From positions 9,422 to 73,421 of the forward strand of contig JAZNWH010000131.1 in the NCBI GenBank assembly GCA_045593265.1: a stretch of 64,000 nt of DNA. Direction: 5' to 3'. Origin of the DNA: Clostridia bacterium (lineage in GTDB: Bacteria > Bacillota > Clostridia > RGIG6154). The translations under genes and the position numbers were made by a program. Of this stretch, positions 19,001 through 29,245 are shown piece by piece. Each line of letters begins with the position of its first letter. Position 1 is the stretch's first letter. The notes beneath the pieces were generated by a model. That model did no database searches, was not told where the DNA came from, and saw only the letters and a list, made by a program, of their open reading frames with translations.

Positions 19001-22000
19001 TAATGCTGAAATTAATGCGTATATCAAAACCGGTACAGGAGCAATTGCTAATCCTGAAAAATATGTTGCTCTTTATAATGGAACAACAAAAGTTGATGCA
19101 AATATAACCTGTGAAGAAGGAACAAACAAGATTACGATTGATCCAACCGAAAAGCTTGAAATTGGTAAATATACCGTTAAATTTGATGTACAGGGCATTT
19201 TAAACGCAGGATATACAATTGATGGTCCTTCTGAATTTGATGTTAATGTTATATCTTCAACAAACGTAAATGAAACTTTTGAAGACATAACAACCGCCGA
19301 CCTTTCTGATAACGGTTGGTATTTCAGAAACGATGGACTTACAAATGTTACAAGAAATGCTGAAATTGTAACAGAAGATGGTAATAAATTCCTTAGAATC
19401 AGCGTAGACGGTGATTTGGAATTACTTGAAGGTAAGCTTGTTGCTTATTCCAAAGACCTTACAAATGCAAAATTTGTGAGAGATATGGAAAATTCAACTG
19501 TTATGGAGCTTAAGTTAAGAACAAATCTTAATACTGTAAGAAAGTATTTCAAATACAACTATCCGACAACAGGAAACATAAGCACCAATGCATATAATGA
19601 GCATGGCTGGAATACAAGACTCGGAGCGGTTATGGATGCAGGCAACATTGCCATTACATACGGAGACTACAGCTATAATGAAAGTGGCAGAATGCAGGGT
19701 AAAACTGAAAATATTGCCTCATATGAAACAAATAAATGGTATACAGTTAAAACAGTTTTTGACAATGCACAAGGTAAGGCAACAAGCTACATCTACGATG
19801 AAGAAGGGGTTCTTGTAGGCAGTGCGGAAGATAAAGCACTTTCAGCATGGTGGTTTAATTACTACGATTATGACAAGACAACACCTTTGGTTATGCATAC
19901 AATAGAAGACCTTACATTCCAGTTCAGACCGGAATCACTAAATGTTACGGTAGTAAATGAACAGTTTGATGTTGACGATATTAAGCTTTACAATATGAAA
20001 GTTTGTGATGAAAGTGTAAATGCGGTATTTAAGTCAAATGATGAAGTTGTTGATGTAATTGGCCGTGAAGTAACATCAATCGTTCCTGAATTTACCATTC
20101 AGACAGAAAATGACCAGACAAAAGATTATTATATAATAGCTGCTGTATACGAAAAGGATAAGCTTTTAACAAGTCAGTTTGTACCTGTTACAATTAACGG
20201 CAACGATACAATTACATTAGATGCAATTACTGTTGACCCACAGAATACAGATATTGAAGTAAGAGCATATATATGGGACAAAAATTTTGCTCCTGTATTA
20301 TCGACACCTACAATTATTAAACCTTTAGTTTGTGAGGTTTACCTTGCAACTGACGGAAATGATTTAAACACGGGGGAAGCAACTTCCCCCGTTGCTACTC
20401 TCAACAGAGCAATTGAAATTGTAAACGATGCTCCTGATGAAGGGTATATTACATCTAAAATTATAGTTAAAGACGGTAATTATGAGCTTACGGGAGAAAC
20501 AATTGAAATCGGCTCAAATGTTAAAACAGACAGTTTAGTTATTCAGGCAGAGAATGAAGCAAAATTTGTTAACGGTGTTGTTTTTAATATAAGTGATGCA
20601 ATCGGGGCTCCTGAGACAATTAAAGCAAGACTTGTTAATCAGGATGTTAAAGATAATCTTTATATGATTGATTTGACAACAAAGGTAGACCTTGAAGATA
20701 TTCCCGGTGTAAGCCTTCCCGGACCTTATTCATATTCAGCAAATGGTCTTAATACTCCGAATGGGGAATTTGTAATTGATGAAAGCAGAATTGCTACCTG
20801 TGAAATGTTCTTTGATAATAAACCTATGACTTTAGCAAGATATCCTGATAGTGAATATGAGGTTTTAGAAGAAGGAAAGTTCAGTTATGATGCAAATTCC
20901 CGTACACGCTACTGGATGGATGATGTTATTGGAACTGATGACTATATTGCTTTGGATGACCGTGTTACCGATGGATTTACCCTTACTCTTGACAGAGCAA
21001 AAAACTGGGGAAATGCCGACCAGGCACTTATGTTTGGTTACTGGTATTATGACTGGGCAACACAGACGGTTCCTGTAGCATCAATCGACACAACAAATGG
21101 TGTTATAACTTCTAAATATCCAAGTCATTATGGTTTGTATAAAACTCAGAGATATTATGTATATAATCTTTTAGAAGAAATCACACAGCCCAACGAGTAT
21201 TTCATCGACAGAACAACAGGCATTTTGTATTTTTACAAATCACCTGATGCACAACCTGATGATGAAATTATAATGTCCCTTTACGAAAATAAAATTTTTG
21301 ATATAAGAGCATCAAATGTTACAATAGACGGTCTTACATTTACTGCATCGAGAGATGCTGCAATTTATTCAAAGGGCAATAATGTTGTAATTAAAAACTG
21401 TGAAATATCAAATACAGCAGGTGTTGCTGTAGAATTGGACGGAACGAACTCAGTTCTTGAATATTGTAATATTCACGATGTTAATGGTGGTATAAAATTA
21501 TATGGCGGAAATCTCAATACTCTTACTCCCGGAAACAATAAGGTTTTAAATAATACTATTACAAATTTCTCTCGTCTTAGCAAAACCTACACGGATGCCA
21601 TTGAGGTTACAGGTGTAGGTAATAAAGCATCCCACAACAAGATTTCAGATGGTGAACATCTGGCAATGAGATTTTCGGGTGTTGATAACGAAATAAGCTA
21701 CAACGAAATTTTCAATGTATTAAAGGAAACAGATGAGGCAGGTGCAATTTACGCAGGACGTTCATGGACTTCAAGAGACAATGTTGTTAAATATAACTAT
21801 TTCCATGATCTTATTTCAACTGAAGAAACCACAATGCCTATTTGTGGAATTATGCTCGATGACCATTTCTCAGGTGTTGAAATTTTCGGTAACATATTCT
21901 CAAATGTTGCAGGTTATGGTATAAAGGGTACAGGAAGAGATTTGGTAATATCAAATAATATTTTCGAAAAATGCACCAGTGGAGCAGTTCGTTTAACAGA

Positions 22001-22370
22001 TGCTTCAGGTAATGCAAGCTCTTATTCAACCCATATTAAAAATATTGCAAAATACTATGGAAACGATGTTTGGTTTGAACGATTTGGAACAGAGCTTTTC
22101 ACGGAAGACGGAACAAGCTATAATCCTGATCTTGTAAATTCGGCAAATGTTGTTTATACAAACAATTTTGCAACCGATGTAGCTTCGGGTGCAGATTTCG
22201 GACCTGTAACAGAAGCAAGCGGAGCTAAAGAACCAAATAAAACCTTTGCAGTTACTAATCCGTTAAACGGAAATTACGAAAATAATGGTGCTGTTATTAC
22301 TCCATATCTTGAAGGATTTATTAATATTCCTTTTGAACAGATTGGCATAAACGGAACAGCAGGCAGATAA
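16041..22370 (+). CDS. Giant secreted protein of 2109 aa: three tandem copies of a roughly 380-aa unit (LamG/ConA-like beta-sandwich plus Ig-like domain), an Ig-like spacer, and a C-terminal right-handed beta-helix domain.
   Basis: Signal peptide. Each unit carries NYAL.Y...ETRMK.TGTxRxFLKYNL...WHxYKIVIxGGE...LDFRLRxxETLTVDYxxVYxQ. The beta-helix is paralogous to 11972 and 53382 (NNKISDGEHLAMRFSGVDNEISYNEIFNVLKETDEAGAIYAGR). Confidence 0.7.
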   Translation: MKNIKKIIGIILTICMVLQILPVFANETQTSEAEFNYIINDNFSAESFDGWSLVKDTGYSSLADDLVSLIPVEGEEGNYALNYTSVDSKTARYTHITRTFGESVAISGDNDIVIETRMKTTGTNRAFLKYNLVTYPKFENEWNYNWGTLVGTDGSDVFVLNGWKANETTLLYGYPTEVKTSVSDFADKWHNYKIVIKGGEVDTSTHTAVGNTMDIIVTDDDGTIVKESYGLSMDFPNASSWENVNDKGNANITDYNWVEDALNTLDFRLRDAETLTVDYVRVYQQFDADMSVDEFILNNEDVVINIDIVKGDALFENSFALYDAYGDIVDTLNSIDETNKVVTLSPIDSLTVGEKYTVKLNKSVVPGNYNFVEDEVSFIASDVKYILYDEFGQDDLNGWELVKDSGKTTSSTTVLTSQEIPEEAGNYALEYISAATPEANWRYNHITRKLSSSVPFASDKELVIETRMKSTGTGRVYLKYNLETYPSIVNEWNYWWGALVGSDTDRFYIPNGWEPKNDVYLSNPVNTAWDEDEVLTGTGNKWYTYKFVIHGGEINNETHTATGNTMDVTITDNDGAVVTALKNMSMDFPDNSTWSHSGSVNAENVNWVEDALNSLDFRLRAQETLTVDYIKVYEQISADMSVDAFITPNEEIKVTVDIENGNSVLKDAFILYDENDNVIETSNTIDSTNKIVTIVPDDNLTMGKEYTVKLDTTKVPSNYVFATTEKTFKVSDIKYIMYDEFANNDFDGWEAKVFSSKSSSNTLSTEPYEENSDNYVLKYSSADATNSYYGYLSKSINPVTFPTEKDLVIETKVKDTKGSAGKGRFFIKYNLDGTAYSANEWQHSWGEFICVDEGLVYVNNGWKVLASGLNGTNLKSTGLSVAGDWHTYKIVIHGGETKDEAKADYIIYNSNGVEVARHEGITLDFPDNSDWPNVGTDTGSTGANWVEGVLNSVDFRLRNANELYIDYVKVYEKKDASVLVDCKDILGNAEINAYIKTGTGAIANPEKYVALYNGTTKVDANITCEEGTNKITIDPTEKLEIGKYTVKFDVQGILNAGYTIDGPSEFDVNVISSTNVNETFEDITTADLSDNGWYFRNDGLTNVTRNAEIVTEDGNKFLRISVDGDLELLEGKLVAYSKDLTNAKFVRDMENSTVMELKLRTNLNTVRKYFKYNYPTTGNISTNAYNEHGWNTRLGAVMDAGNIAITYGDYSYNESGRMQGKTENIASYETNKWYTVKTVFDNAQGKATSYIYDEEGVLVGSAEDKALSAWWFNYYDYDKTTPLVMHTIEDLTFQFRPESLNVTVVNEQFDVDDIKLYNMKVCDESVNAVFKSNDEVVDVIGREVTSIVPEFTIQTENDQTKDYYIIAAVYEKDKLLTSQFVPVTINGNDTITLDAITVDPQNTDIEVRAYIWDKNFAPVLSTPTIIKPLVCEVYLATDGNDLNTGEATSPVATLNRAIEIVNDAPDEGYITSKIIVKDGNYELTGETIEIGSNVKTDSLVIQAENEAKFVNGVVFNISDAIGAPETIKARLVNQDVKDNLYMIDLTTKVDLEDIPGVSLPGPYSYSANGLNTPNGEFVIDESRIATCEMFFDNKPMTLARYPDSEYEVLEEGKFSYDANSRTRYWMDDVIGTDDYIALDDRVTDGFTLTLDRAKNWGNADQALMFGYWYYDWATQTVPVASIDTTNGVITSKYPSHYGLYKTQRYYVYNLLEEITQPNEYFIDRTTGILYFYKSPDAQPDDEIIMSLYENKIFDIRASNVTIDGLTFTASRDAAIYSKGNNVVIKNCEISNTAGVAVELDGTNSVLEYCNIHDVNGGIKLYGGNLNTLTPGNNKVLNNTITNFSRLSKTYTDAIEVTGVGNKASHNKISDGEHLAMRFSGVDNEISYNEIFNVLKETDEAGAIYAGRSWTSRDNVVKYNYFHDLISTEETTMPICGIMLDDHFSGVEIFGNIFSNVAGYGIKGTGRDLVISNNIFEKCTSGAVRLTDASGNASSYSTHIKNIAKYYGNDVWFERFGTELFTEDGTSYNPDLVNSANVVYTNNFATDVASGADFGPVTEASGAKEPNKTFAVTNPLNGNYENNGAVITPYLEGFINIPFEQIGINGTAGR

Positions 22371-22407
22371 TACAACATTTATATACTAAACTTCAAGGAG
22401 GGTTAAT

Positions 22408-25400
22408 ATGGATTTAAAGAAATTGACAGCAGTGCTTTGTACAATAACCTTAATATTTTCGTTGATTTCAATCCCTGCTTTTGTTGGTGAAGCTGCAGAG
22501 GCTAAATATATGATTATCAACGATAATTTCGGTGAAAATGATTTGTGCGGTTGGGAAAGAAACGCTCTTTCAACCTGCAGAAATTTTGCAACAATTTCAA
22601 CGGAAGAAATAGGCGGCGGAAATTATGCTTTGACATACGAGAGTGTTCAGTCATCAGCACTTCCGACGAAATCTGACTGGTATGGAGAATATTTACAAAA
22701 AGAATTATCAGATGGTGGTCTTGAATTTACCGAAGGTATTAACACAGTTATTAAAACGAGAATTAAAACAAAGGGAACAGGCAGAGCGTTTTTGAAAATT
22801 AATGCACCTTTAATGAATAGCACGGATCCCTGGAATTTCAATTGGGGCTCCTTGTTCTCAAATGAGGAAGGCAGTTTTTATGCAATAAACGGGTGGCCGG
22901 GTAACACATATCCTACTACGACTGCAGGGATAAGCGGACTTTCTGACAAATGGTGTGTAGTAATGGTTACAATACACGGAAATACCAAAACTGCGACTTT
23001 TGAAATCACTCCCGAAGGTGGAGAAACAACTACTTATTCAAATCTTAATATTGATTACCCTGATGTTGCAAATATGGAAGAAGATTTTCTTAAAAAGCTT
23101 GTTTTCAGATTAAGAGCTGCAGAAAAGCTTTATGTTGACTATATTCAGGTATGGCAGGAGGGAATAAAAGTAACAGAAGCTACTGCTGTTGCAGGACTTG
23201 ATAATGTTGATGTAAGTCTTACGAGCAATGCAAAGCTTAAGGATTTGGTTAAGGATTATATTGATTTGTACAATTCCGACGGTTCAACCAAAATTGAAAC
23301 TGTTAAAAGCTTTGATGCTGATACGAATGTTCTAAAGCTTGTTTGTGAATCTGGGTTAGTAACAGGTGAAACATATAAGGTAAAGATTGATACAGATGCA
23401 TTATTTACAGATTTACTTTATAAATGGGAAGCAGACAGTGAATTAACTGTTCAGGCACCTGAAGCTGCAGTGTTTAATCTTGGAATAGAAGGTGAACTTG
23501 TACCTAATACAAATCTTGAAGCAGTTTACGATTTAGTTCCAAACGGAGCTTTAGAAGATATATCTGAATTTATCTGGTACACAGTTAATGAAAATGGTGA
23601 AAAGACGGAAATCAGCGGTCAGACAGGAAAGTATTTTCCTGTAACGACGGATTATGTAGATTCTACCATTACATATTCAATGGTGCCAAAATGCATAGCA
23701 GATGGCGAAACAAAAACAGGCGTTCTTATGGATTGTCAAAAAAATGTTAAGCCTTTATCAGCTCCTGTTATAACAAATCCCAAATTTGCACCCGAAAATC
23801 CTATTGTGGGATATTCACTTTCAGCTTCTTACGATTATTTTGATGCTGATGGAGATGGTGAAGATGGTAGTCTCATAACCTGGTATAAATCAGATGCATT
23901 TGACGGAAGTTTTGAGGAATTTGCTACAGGAAAGACAATTGAGGTTACAGAAAAAGGAATGTATTATCAATACACAGTTATTCCAAAAAACGGCGCTTTA
24001 TTCCGTGAGGAAGGCGAAATGGTAACAAGCCCTGTTTCTGCTCGTTCAAACGATATTATTGAGGCGACAAATTTATTTGTTAACGGTGATGCAGAGGACG
24101 GAATAATTGCACCTTGGGATTTAACCAAAAAAACTGATGATTATAACGGTCTTTCTCTTGTGGAAGACAGCAATGGAATATACGACGGGAATTATGCATT
24201 CCGTATGCATCCGAGAGTAGTGAATGGTAACACTTTTTGGCAGGAAGTAACACTTGGTGCAGGAAAAACTTACATAGTTTCTGCCATGATAAAGTCAACC
24301 TCTGTTGATACCTGGAACAAACTTGAGGGATATGTAATGAGCAGTAATAGTACTAATTACACAAAACCTTACCGTATGGCTGAAAGAACAGATGTGTCCG
24401 ATGAATGGACAAGAGTATCTCTTACTCTTAATTCATCTGTTGAAGAAAAGTATAAGATTGGTTGGCTTTCATTTGAAGATGCTTATGGTGCTGATGCGTA
24501 TATAGATGATATGTATGTCGGAGAGCTTATGATTTCCGATATTTTAACAAATAAAATAAAGCAGGTAACTATTCCAAAGCAGGGTAAAGATCCAATCAAG
24601 GTTTCTGTTCTTACTACAGAAAATGGGAAAATTTTAAACCAATTTGGTGAAACCGATGGTCTTATCGACCAAAAAGCAACAGTGTCAGTACCTGCTGATA
24701 TTAAAGGTGTAACAGTTAAGGATAATGTACTTTATGTGGATTCAAATGCTGTTACAGGCAAAGTAAATGTAATGGTAAAATGTGTACCTGACTATAATCT
24801 TCCGGGTGAAGAAGGTAACATTATTGCAGTTACACCTGCACAGAGCGAATTTGTAAAGACTATTGAAATTGAACTTGTTGCTCACGATGATAAAACACCA
24901 TATGCACAGAATGTTGACGCTAACGGTACTGTTGCACTTGGAAACACTCTTACAGGTTATTATGATTTTTATCAGGTAGACAACGAAACTGATGCATCTA
25001 CTGTAAGATGGTTATATTCAGACAGTGCTGACGGTACATACTATGAAATTCCCGGAGCAACAGGAATGACTTATACTGTTACAAGCGATTATGCAGATAA
25101 GTTTATTAAATTTGCAGTAACACCAAAAACACAAACAGGTCTTATGGGAACGGAAGTAATGTCAGATGTTCTTGTTAAACCGACAGCACCTGTTGCGAAG
25201 GAAATTTCAGTAAGCGGTGATTTTAAGGTTGGAGGAACTGTTACAGGTACATATAAATTTGAAGATTATAATCGTGATAATGAAAATGAAGCCTTAACAA
25301 CATTTAAGTGGTATGTTGCCGATTCAGAATACGGTCAATATAATGAAATTCCGGGACAAACAGGAACATCTTTAATTCTGGGAGAAGAATTAATTGATAA

Positions 25401-26481
25401 ATACATAAAGTTTTCTGTAACACCTGTGGCTGATGCTGAGCCTTACAAAGGCACAGAAACATTCAGTAATTCTGTTATGGGACCTGTAGCACCTGTCGCA
25501 ACTAATGTTTCAATTACAGCAAATGGTGCCAGATTATCAGGTAATTATAAGTATTATCATAAATATAATGCAAGAGAAAAAGAGTCTCTTTATAAGTGGA
25601 CAGTTGATGGAACAGTGGTTTCTACAACGACAAATTATACTGTGAATTTTACGGGAACAAAGGTTGTAACATTTACAGTAACGCCTGTTGGCGATACAAA
25701 TCCATCGACAGGTAATCCTGTAAGTGTTTCTGTGGTTATAACAGGAACAAGTGATAGTGTAGGTGGCGGCAGTTCCACAGGCGGCGGAAGCTATGTCGGC
25801 GGCGGTGGTGCCTCTGGCGGAGGAACATCTTCCGGTTCATCACCATCAGGCGGAGAAGTTGTTTCAGGTATTGTAAGCATCAATAAAATGGAATATGAGC
25901 AGGAACTGCCCAAAGATGAAAACAAAGAAAACCAAAGCCAAACGAGTGATATTAACGGACATTGGGGAGAAGAATACATAAAAACAATGGAATCTCGCGG
26001 AGTAATGTCCAAAGATGAAAGCGGTAAATACAATCCTGATGAGCTTGTTACAAGAGAATCTATGCTCACATATCTTTTCAAGACCTTAAAGCTTGAATCA
26101 ACTGATTATTCGGGAATGTTTGAAGATGTTAACGATGGTGAATTTGCTGGTATGCTTCAAACTATGGTGGATAATGGTACTATTTCAGTTGATACAACCT
26201 TTAGACCCAATGACAGCATTTCCCGTGAAGAAATGTGTAAAATACTTTACATTTCGTTACAAAATGCAGGTAAACTCGGCAATGTTGAAGAAGGAAAAAT
26301 AAATTCACTTGCAGATTTCGGAGAAATTTCCGATTGGGCAGTAAAATATGTAAATGCAATGTATGGTACAAAAATGATGATTGGTGTATCGGAAGAACGT
26401 TTTGCACCAAAGGAAAATTTAACAAAGGCACAGGCTGCTACATTGCTTACAAGGATAATATCGTTAGTAGAGGGGGAGTAA
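22408..26481 (+). CDS. SLH-anchored surface protein of 1357 aa: signal peptide, one LamG-like module, an Ig-like domain, repeated roughly 90-aa beta-sandwich units, a CBM4/9-like domain, a Gly/Ser linker and three C-terminal S-layer-homology domains.
   Basis: Repeats carry W/YxSDxxDGxYxEIPGxTGxxYTVTxDYADKFIKFAVTP. CBM4/9-like segment NLFVNGDAEDG...W. Three SLH motifs (DINGHWGEEYIKTMESRGVMSKDESGKYNPDELVTRESM, and two more). Confidence 0.7.
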   Translation: MDLKKLTAVLCTITLIFSLISIPAFVGEAAEAKYMIINDNFGENDLCGWERNALSTCRNFATISTEEIGGGNYALTYESVQSSALPTKSDWYGEYLQKELSDGGLEFTEGINTVIKTRIKTKGTGRAFLKINAPLMNSTDPWNFNWGSLFSNEEGSFYAINGWPGNTYPTTTAGISGLSDKWCVVMVTIHGNTKTATFEITPEGGETTTYSNLNIDYPDVANMEEDFLKKLVFRLRAAEKLYVDYIQVWQEGIKVTEATAVAGLDNVDVSLTSNAKLKDLVKDYIDLYNSDGSTKIETVKSFDADTNVLKLVCESGLVTGETYKVKIDTDALFTDLLYKWEADSELTVQAPEAAVFNLGIEGELVPNTNLEAVYDLVPNGALEDISEFIWYTVNENGEKTEISGQTGKYFPVTTDYVDSTITYSMVPKCIADGETKTGVLMDCQKNVKPLSAPVITNPKFAPENPIVGYSLSASYDYFDADGDGEDGSLITWYKSDAFDGSFEEFATGKTIEVTEKGMYYQYTVIPKNGALFREEGEMVTSPVSARSNDIIEATNLFVNGDAEDGIIAPWDLTKKTDDYNGLSLVEDSNGIYDGNYAFRMHPRVVNGNTFWQEVTLGAGKTYIVSAMIKSTSVDTWNKLEGYVMSSNSTNYTKPYRMAERTDVSDEWTRVSLTLNSSVEEKYKIGWLSFEDAYGADAYIDDMYVGELMISDILTNKIKQVTIPKQGKDPIKVSVLTTENGKILNQFGETDGLIDQKATVSVPADIKGVTVKDNVLYVDSNAVTGKVNVMVKCVPDYNLPGEEGNIIAVTPAQSEFVKTIEIELVAHDDKTPYAQNVDANGTVALGNTLTGYYDFYQVDNETDASTVRWLYSDSADGTYYEIPGATGMTYTVTSDYADKFIKFAVTPKTQTGLMGTEVMSDVLVKPTAPVAKEISVSGDFKVGGTVTGTYKFEDYNRDNENEALTTFKWYVADSEYGQYNEIPGQTGTSLILGEELIDKYIKFSVTPVADAEPYKGTETFSNSVMGPVAPVATNVSITANGARLSGNYKYYHKYNAREKESLYKWTVDGTVVSTTTNYTVNFTGTKVVTFTVTPVGDTNPSTGNPVSVSVVITGTSDSVGGGSSTGGGSYVGGGGASGGGTSSGSSPSGGEVVSGIVSINKMEYEQELPKDENKENQSQTSDINGHWGEEYIKTMESRGVMSKDESGKYNPDELVTRESMLTYLFKTLKLESTDYSGMFEDVNDGEFAGMLQTMVDNGTISVDTTFRPNDSISREEMCKILYISLQNAGKLGNVEEGKINSLADFGEISDWAVKYVNAMYGTKMMIGVSEERFAPKENLTKAQAATLLTRIISLVEGE

Positions 26482-26484
26482 CAG

Positions 26485-29178
26485 ATGAAAAACTTTAAAA
26501 AACTTTTAAGTATAATACTTGCGTTGCTTACGGTCGTATCTGCTGTTCCTGTTTCTGCGGTGTACGATATGGCTACAGAGGAATTTATTGATGATATTTT
26601 CAGATTTGATGTAGGAGAATTTGTTCAGGATATCGAAAGTGTTACAGATGATCCCGATGTTAAAAGAATGGAATTTTTAACTACATTAGGCATATGGGAT
26701 GATGCGACAAAGTCAAAATCAGCTCTTATTACTATGAGTGAATATGCAACTATTATGTCAAGATTAAGACTTGGCGGACAGAATGCATTTGTTGGTGTTT
26801 ATGAAAAGAATAATGATACATCAAATGTAACCTACGGTGTTGTTCTTGAGGGATTGCTGCAGACACTTGGTTATCACTATCAGTGTAAGCAATATGGCGA
26901 TGATGAAAAGTCTTTACTTATTGTTGCCACAGAAATAGGTCTTATTTCAGGAGATGTGCAGAATATAAATTCTTTTGTAAACCGTAATACTTTTGCTAAA
27001 ATGATTGAAAGGGCATTAAGCATTGATTTGTGTGTGGCTGAATATACCGATTACGGTATCAGTTATGTTGTCTCTGACGGTAAAACAATTCTCAGCACAG
27101 TACATAATATTCATGAATTAAGTGGTTTTGTTAACGCAATTTATGGTCTTAATGTATATGGCGGTGCAGGTCTGCGAAAAGGTTATTTTGAAATCGACAG
27201 AACAGAGATTAATGCACAGGGACTTGATATAACACAATATTTGGGTACACGCGTTAAAGCTTATGCAAAAACAGATGAAATTTCTAAAGAATATAAGCTC
27301 ATATATATTGCACCTGATTCCGATAATGAAGCTTTGACAATTGATTTTAAAAACATTACTGATATTACAGGAAACACAATCGCTTATATTAATGAAGATG
27401 GTACGGAAGATGAAATAAGAGTTGACAATTACAACTATATTATTGAAAACGGAAAAGATATCGGAAGTCTCTCTCAGATGTGTGATTTCAGCGAAAACGA
27501 AGGAAAAATTGTTTTCGTAGCATCAGAAAAAGGCGGTAGCTTTGATACTGCGGTTATTTACAGATACGAATATTTTGTAACTGATTATATTGACACATAT
27601 GAAAAACGAATCGGACTCAAGTTTGGTATGAAGCACCAAAATGATACATATATACCTGTCAACGAAATGGGTATTAACCGTATAATTATTGAAGGTGAAG
27701 AAACTGATTATACAAGCATCAAATCTAATCAGGCAATACGTGTTTTTTCTTGTGAAGATACAAATTATCTTGAAATTATAGTGTCGGAAGATAAAATTGT
27801 AGAGGGCATTATATCAGGTATGTACGAGGATATACTTGAGGTTAATAATCAGAAATACAGAATTTCAAAGAACCTTTCTAAGCGCATATCAGATTCCGAA
27901 ACTTCAGGTGAGGAAGAATATACTAAAATTAAGATGCCTGAATTTGGTGTTAATGTAAGACTTTTCGTATATGGGGATGTTATTACGGGATATACAGCTA
28001 ATGACGGTTATATGCATGCGTACCTTAAAGGCATTAAAAAAGCCAGAACAAGTCTTGACCCTGAGCTGACTTTAAGACTTTACACACAGAATGGGGAATG
28101 GCTTGATGCACCATTTGCTGATAAAGTAACTATTGATACTGTTTCGGGATATTCAAAATCTGACATTTCCCAGTGGCTCAACGAGCAGTATGATGAAAGT
28201 AATACTAATACAGATATTATTATTGACGAGCTTGTAAGAGTCAAGTTAAACGGTGAAAACAAAATTTTTGCTCTTGATACCGTAATCGAAACAGGAATAG
28301 AAACGGACACCTATGATGATATAAGTCATGCTTCTGATTACGAAGGTGGAAGAGTTACTGCAAGACCGGGCTTCCATAGATGGGAAATCGGACAGGAGAG
28401 ATATAAATTTGATAAAACCGCTCCCGTGTTTGTTGTACCTGAAGACAGAAGCAAGGAAGATAAATACAGAGCAGTTAATCCTACTGCCCTGAGTAATGCT
28501 GTAAGCTATGATATGATATGTTACAGTCCTAATGAATTTCTGCATTTAGGTGCAGTTATAGTTATCGGTGATCTCGAAGGTACTTCTGCAAGCAAGGGTG
28601 AACCGGGAATTATGTATGTAGAAAACATTAGAAATATAGTGATTGATGCAGAAAATTTTGAGTATGGATACAGAGTTATTGGTACAAATTTTGTTGCAAG
28701 TTCCAATCCTGGTGTAGGAGCTTGTAAGGAGGTTTCCTATACCATAACAAAGGAACGCTATGATAAAGCAGTAGCTGAGGGTAATGGTTTTGTTGTCGGC
28801 GATGTTATCAAACTTGACAATGTTTCAAAAAACGAAATTATCAGTTGGTCGTTCTTTGCTGAAATTGAAAGAAGCAGTTCAAAAATTACAGGTACTACCT
28901 GGAATGTTTATGATTACGGAACTCTTAATGGCGTTGAAAATTGTAAGGTTTATTTAGGAAAAGTCGAAAGAGTTGATGTAGACAATGTGTTATTGCTTAT
29001 TGATTGCGGTGCAGGAGGAAAAATAGTAGTAAAACCAAGAGCTAAAGCTATAATTGATGGAAATACAAAAAAAGCAACAAATATAGAAATCGGAGATTTT
29101 CACGAAAATGATATAGTATTTGCATTTGGTGTTGGTGCTCATGTAAATGTTGTGTTTAAGACAGTAAATATTGAATAA
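26485..29178 (+). CDS. Secreted protein of 897 aa with N-terminal SLH-like domains and an unknown C-terminal region paralogous to the ORF at 1..1454.
   Basis: Signal peptide MKNFKKLLSIILALLTVVSAVPVSA. SLH-like segments near the N-terminus. The C-terminal 450 aa align with ORF 1-1454. Confidence 0.6.
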   Translation: MKNFKKLLSIILALLTVVSAVPVSAVYDMATEEFIDDIFRFDVGEFVQDIESVTDDPDVKRMEFLTTLGIWDDATKSKSALITMSEYATIMSRLRLGGQNAFVGVYEKNNDTSNVTYGVVLEGLLQTLGYHYQCKQYGDDEKSLLIVATEIGLISGDVQNINSFVNRNTFAKMIERALSIDLCVAEYTDYGISYVVSDGKTILSTVHNIHELSGFVNAIYGLNVYGGAGLRKGYFEIDRTEINAQGLDITQYLGTRVKAYAKTDEISKEYKLIYIAPDSDNEALTIDFKNITDITGNTIAYINEDGTEDEIRVDNYNYIIENGKDIGSLSQMCDFSENEGKIVFVASEKGGSFDTAVIYRYEYFVTDYIDTYEKRIGLKFGMKHQNDTYIPVNEMGINRIIIEGEETDYTSIKSNQAIRVFSCEDTNYLEIIVSEDKIVEGIISGMYEDILEVNNQKYRISKNLSKRISDSETSGEEEYTKIKMPEFGVNVRLFVYGDVITGYTANDGYMHAYLKGIKKARTSLDPELTLRLYTQNGEWLDAPFADKVTIDTVSGYSKSDISQWLNEQYDESNTNTDIIIDELVRVKLNGENKIFALDTVIETGIETDTYDDISHASDYEGGRVTARPGFHRWEIGQERYKFDKTAPVFVVPEDRSKEDKYRAVNPTALSNAVSYDMICYSPNEFLHLGAVIVIGDLEGTSASKGEPGIMYVENIRNIVIDAENFEYGYRVIGTNFVASSNPGVGACKEVSYTITKERYDKAVAEGNGFVVGDVIKLDNVSKNEIISWSFFAEIERSSSKITGTTWNVYDYGTLNGVENCKVYLGKVERVDVDNVLLLIDCGAGGKIVVKPRAKAIIDGNTKKATNIEIGDFHENDIVFAFGVGAHVNVVFKTVNIE

Positions 29179-29183
29179 AAAAA

Positions 29184-29206
29184 GGCTTCGGCAAAATGCC
29201 GAAGCC
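29184..29206. terminator. GC hairpin ggcttcggc-aaaat-gccgaagcc after the 26485 gene. The A-run lies 5' and there is no T-run 3' on the + strand.
   Basis: Perfect 9-bp stem. The orientation of the T/A tracts is atypical for a + strand terminator. Confidence 0.3.
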
Positions 29207-29245
29207 TGAGTGCTGAATGAATAATCATAAAAAATGGAGTTAGAC

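Noticed and set aside
12632-28706. Numerous 60-100-aa ORFs antisense to or nested within the giant surface-protein genes (for example 12632..12865, 17284..17499, 28246..28545).
   Set aside because: They are fully embedded in long, well-supported ORFs and show low-complexity composition with no RBSs. These are typical spurious antisense frames in AT-rich coding DNA.
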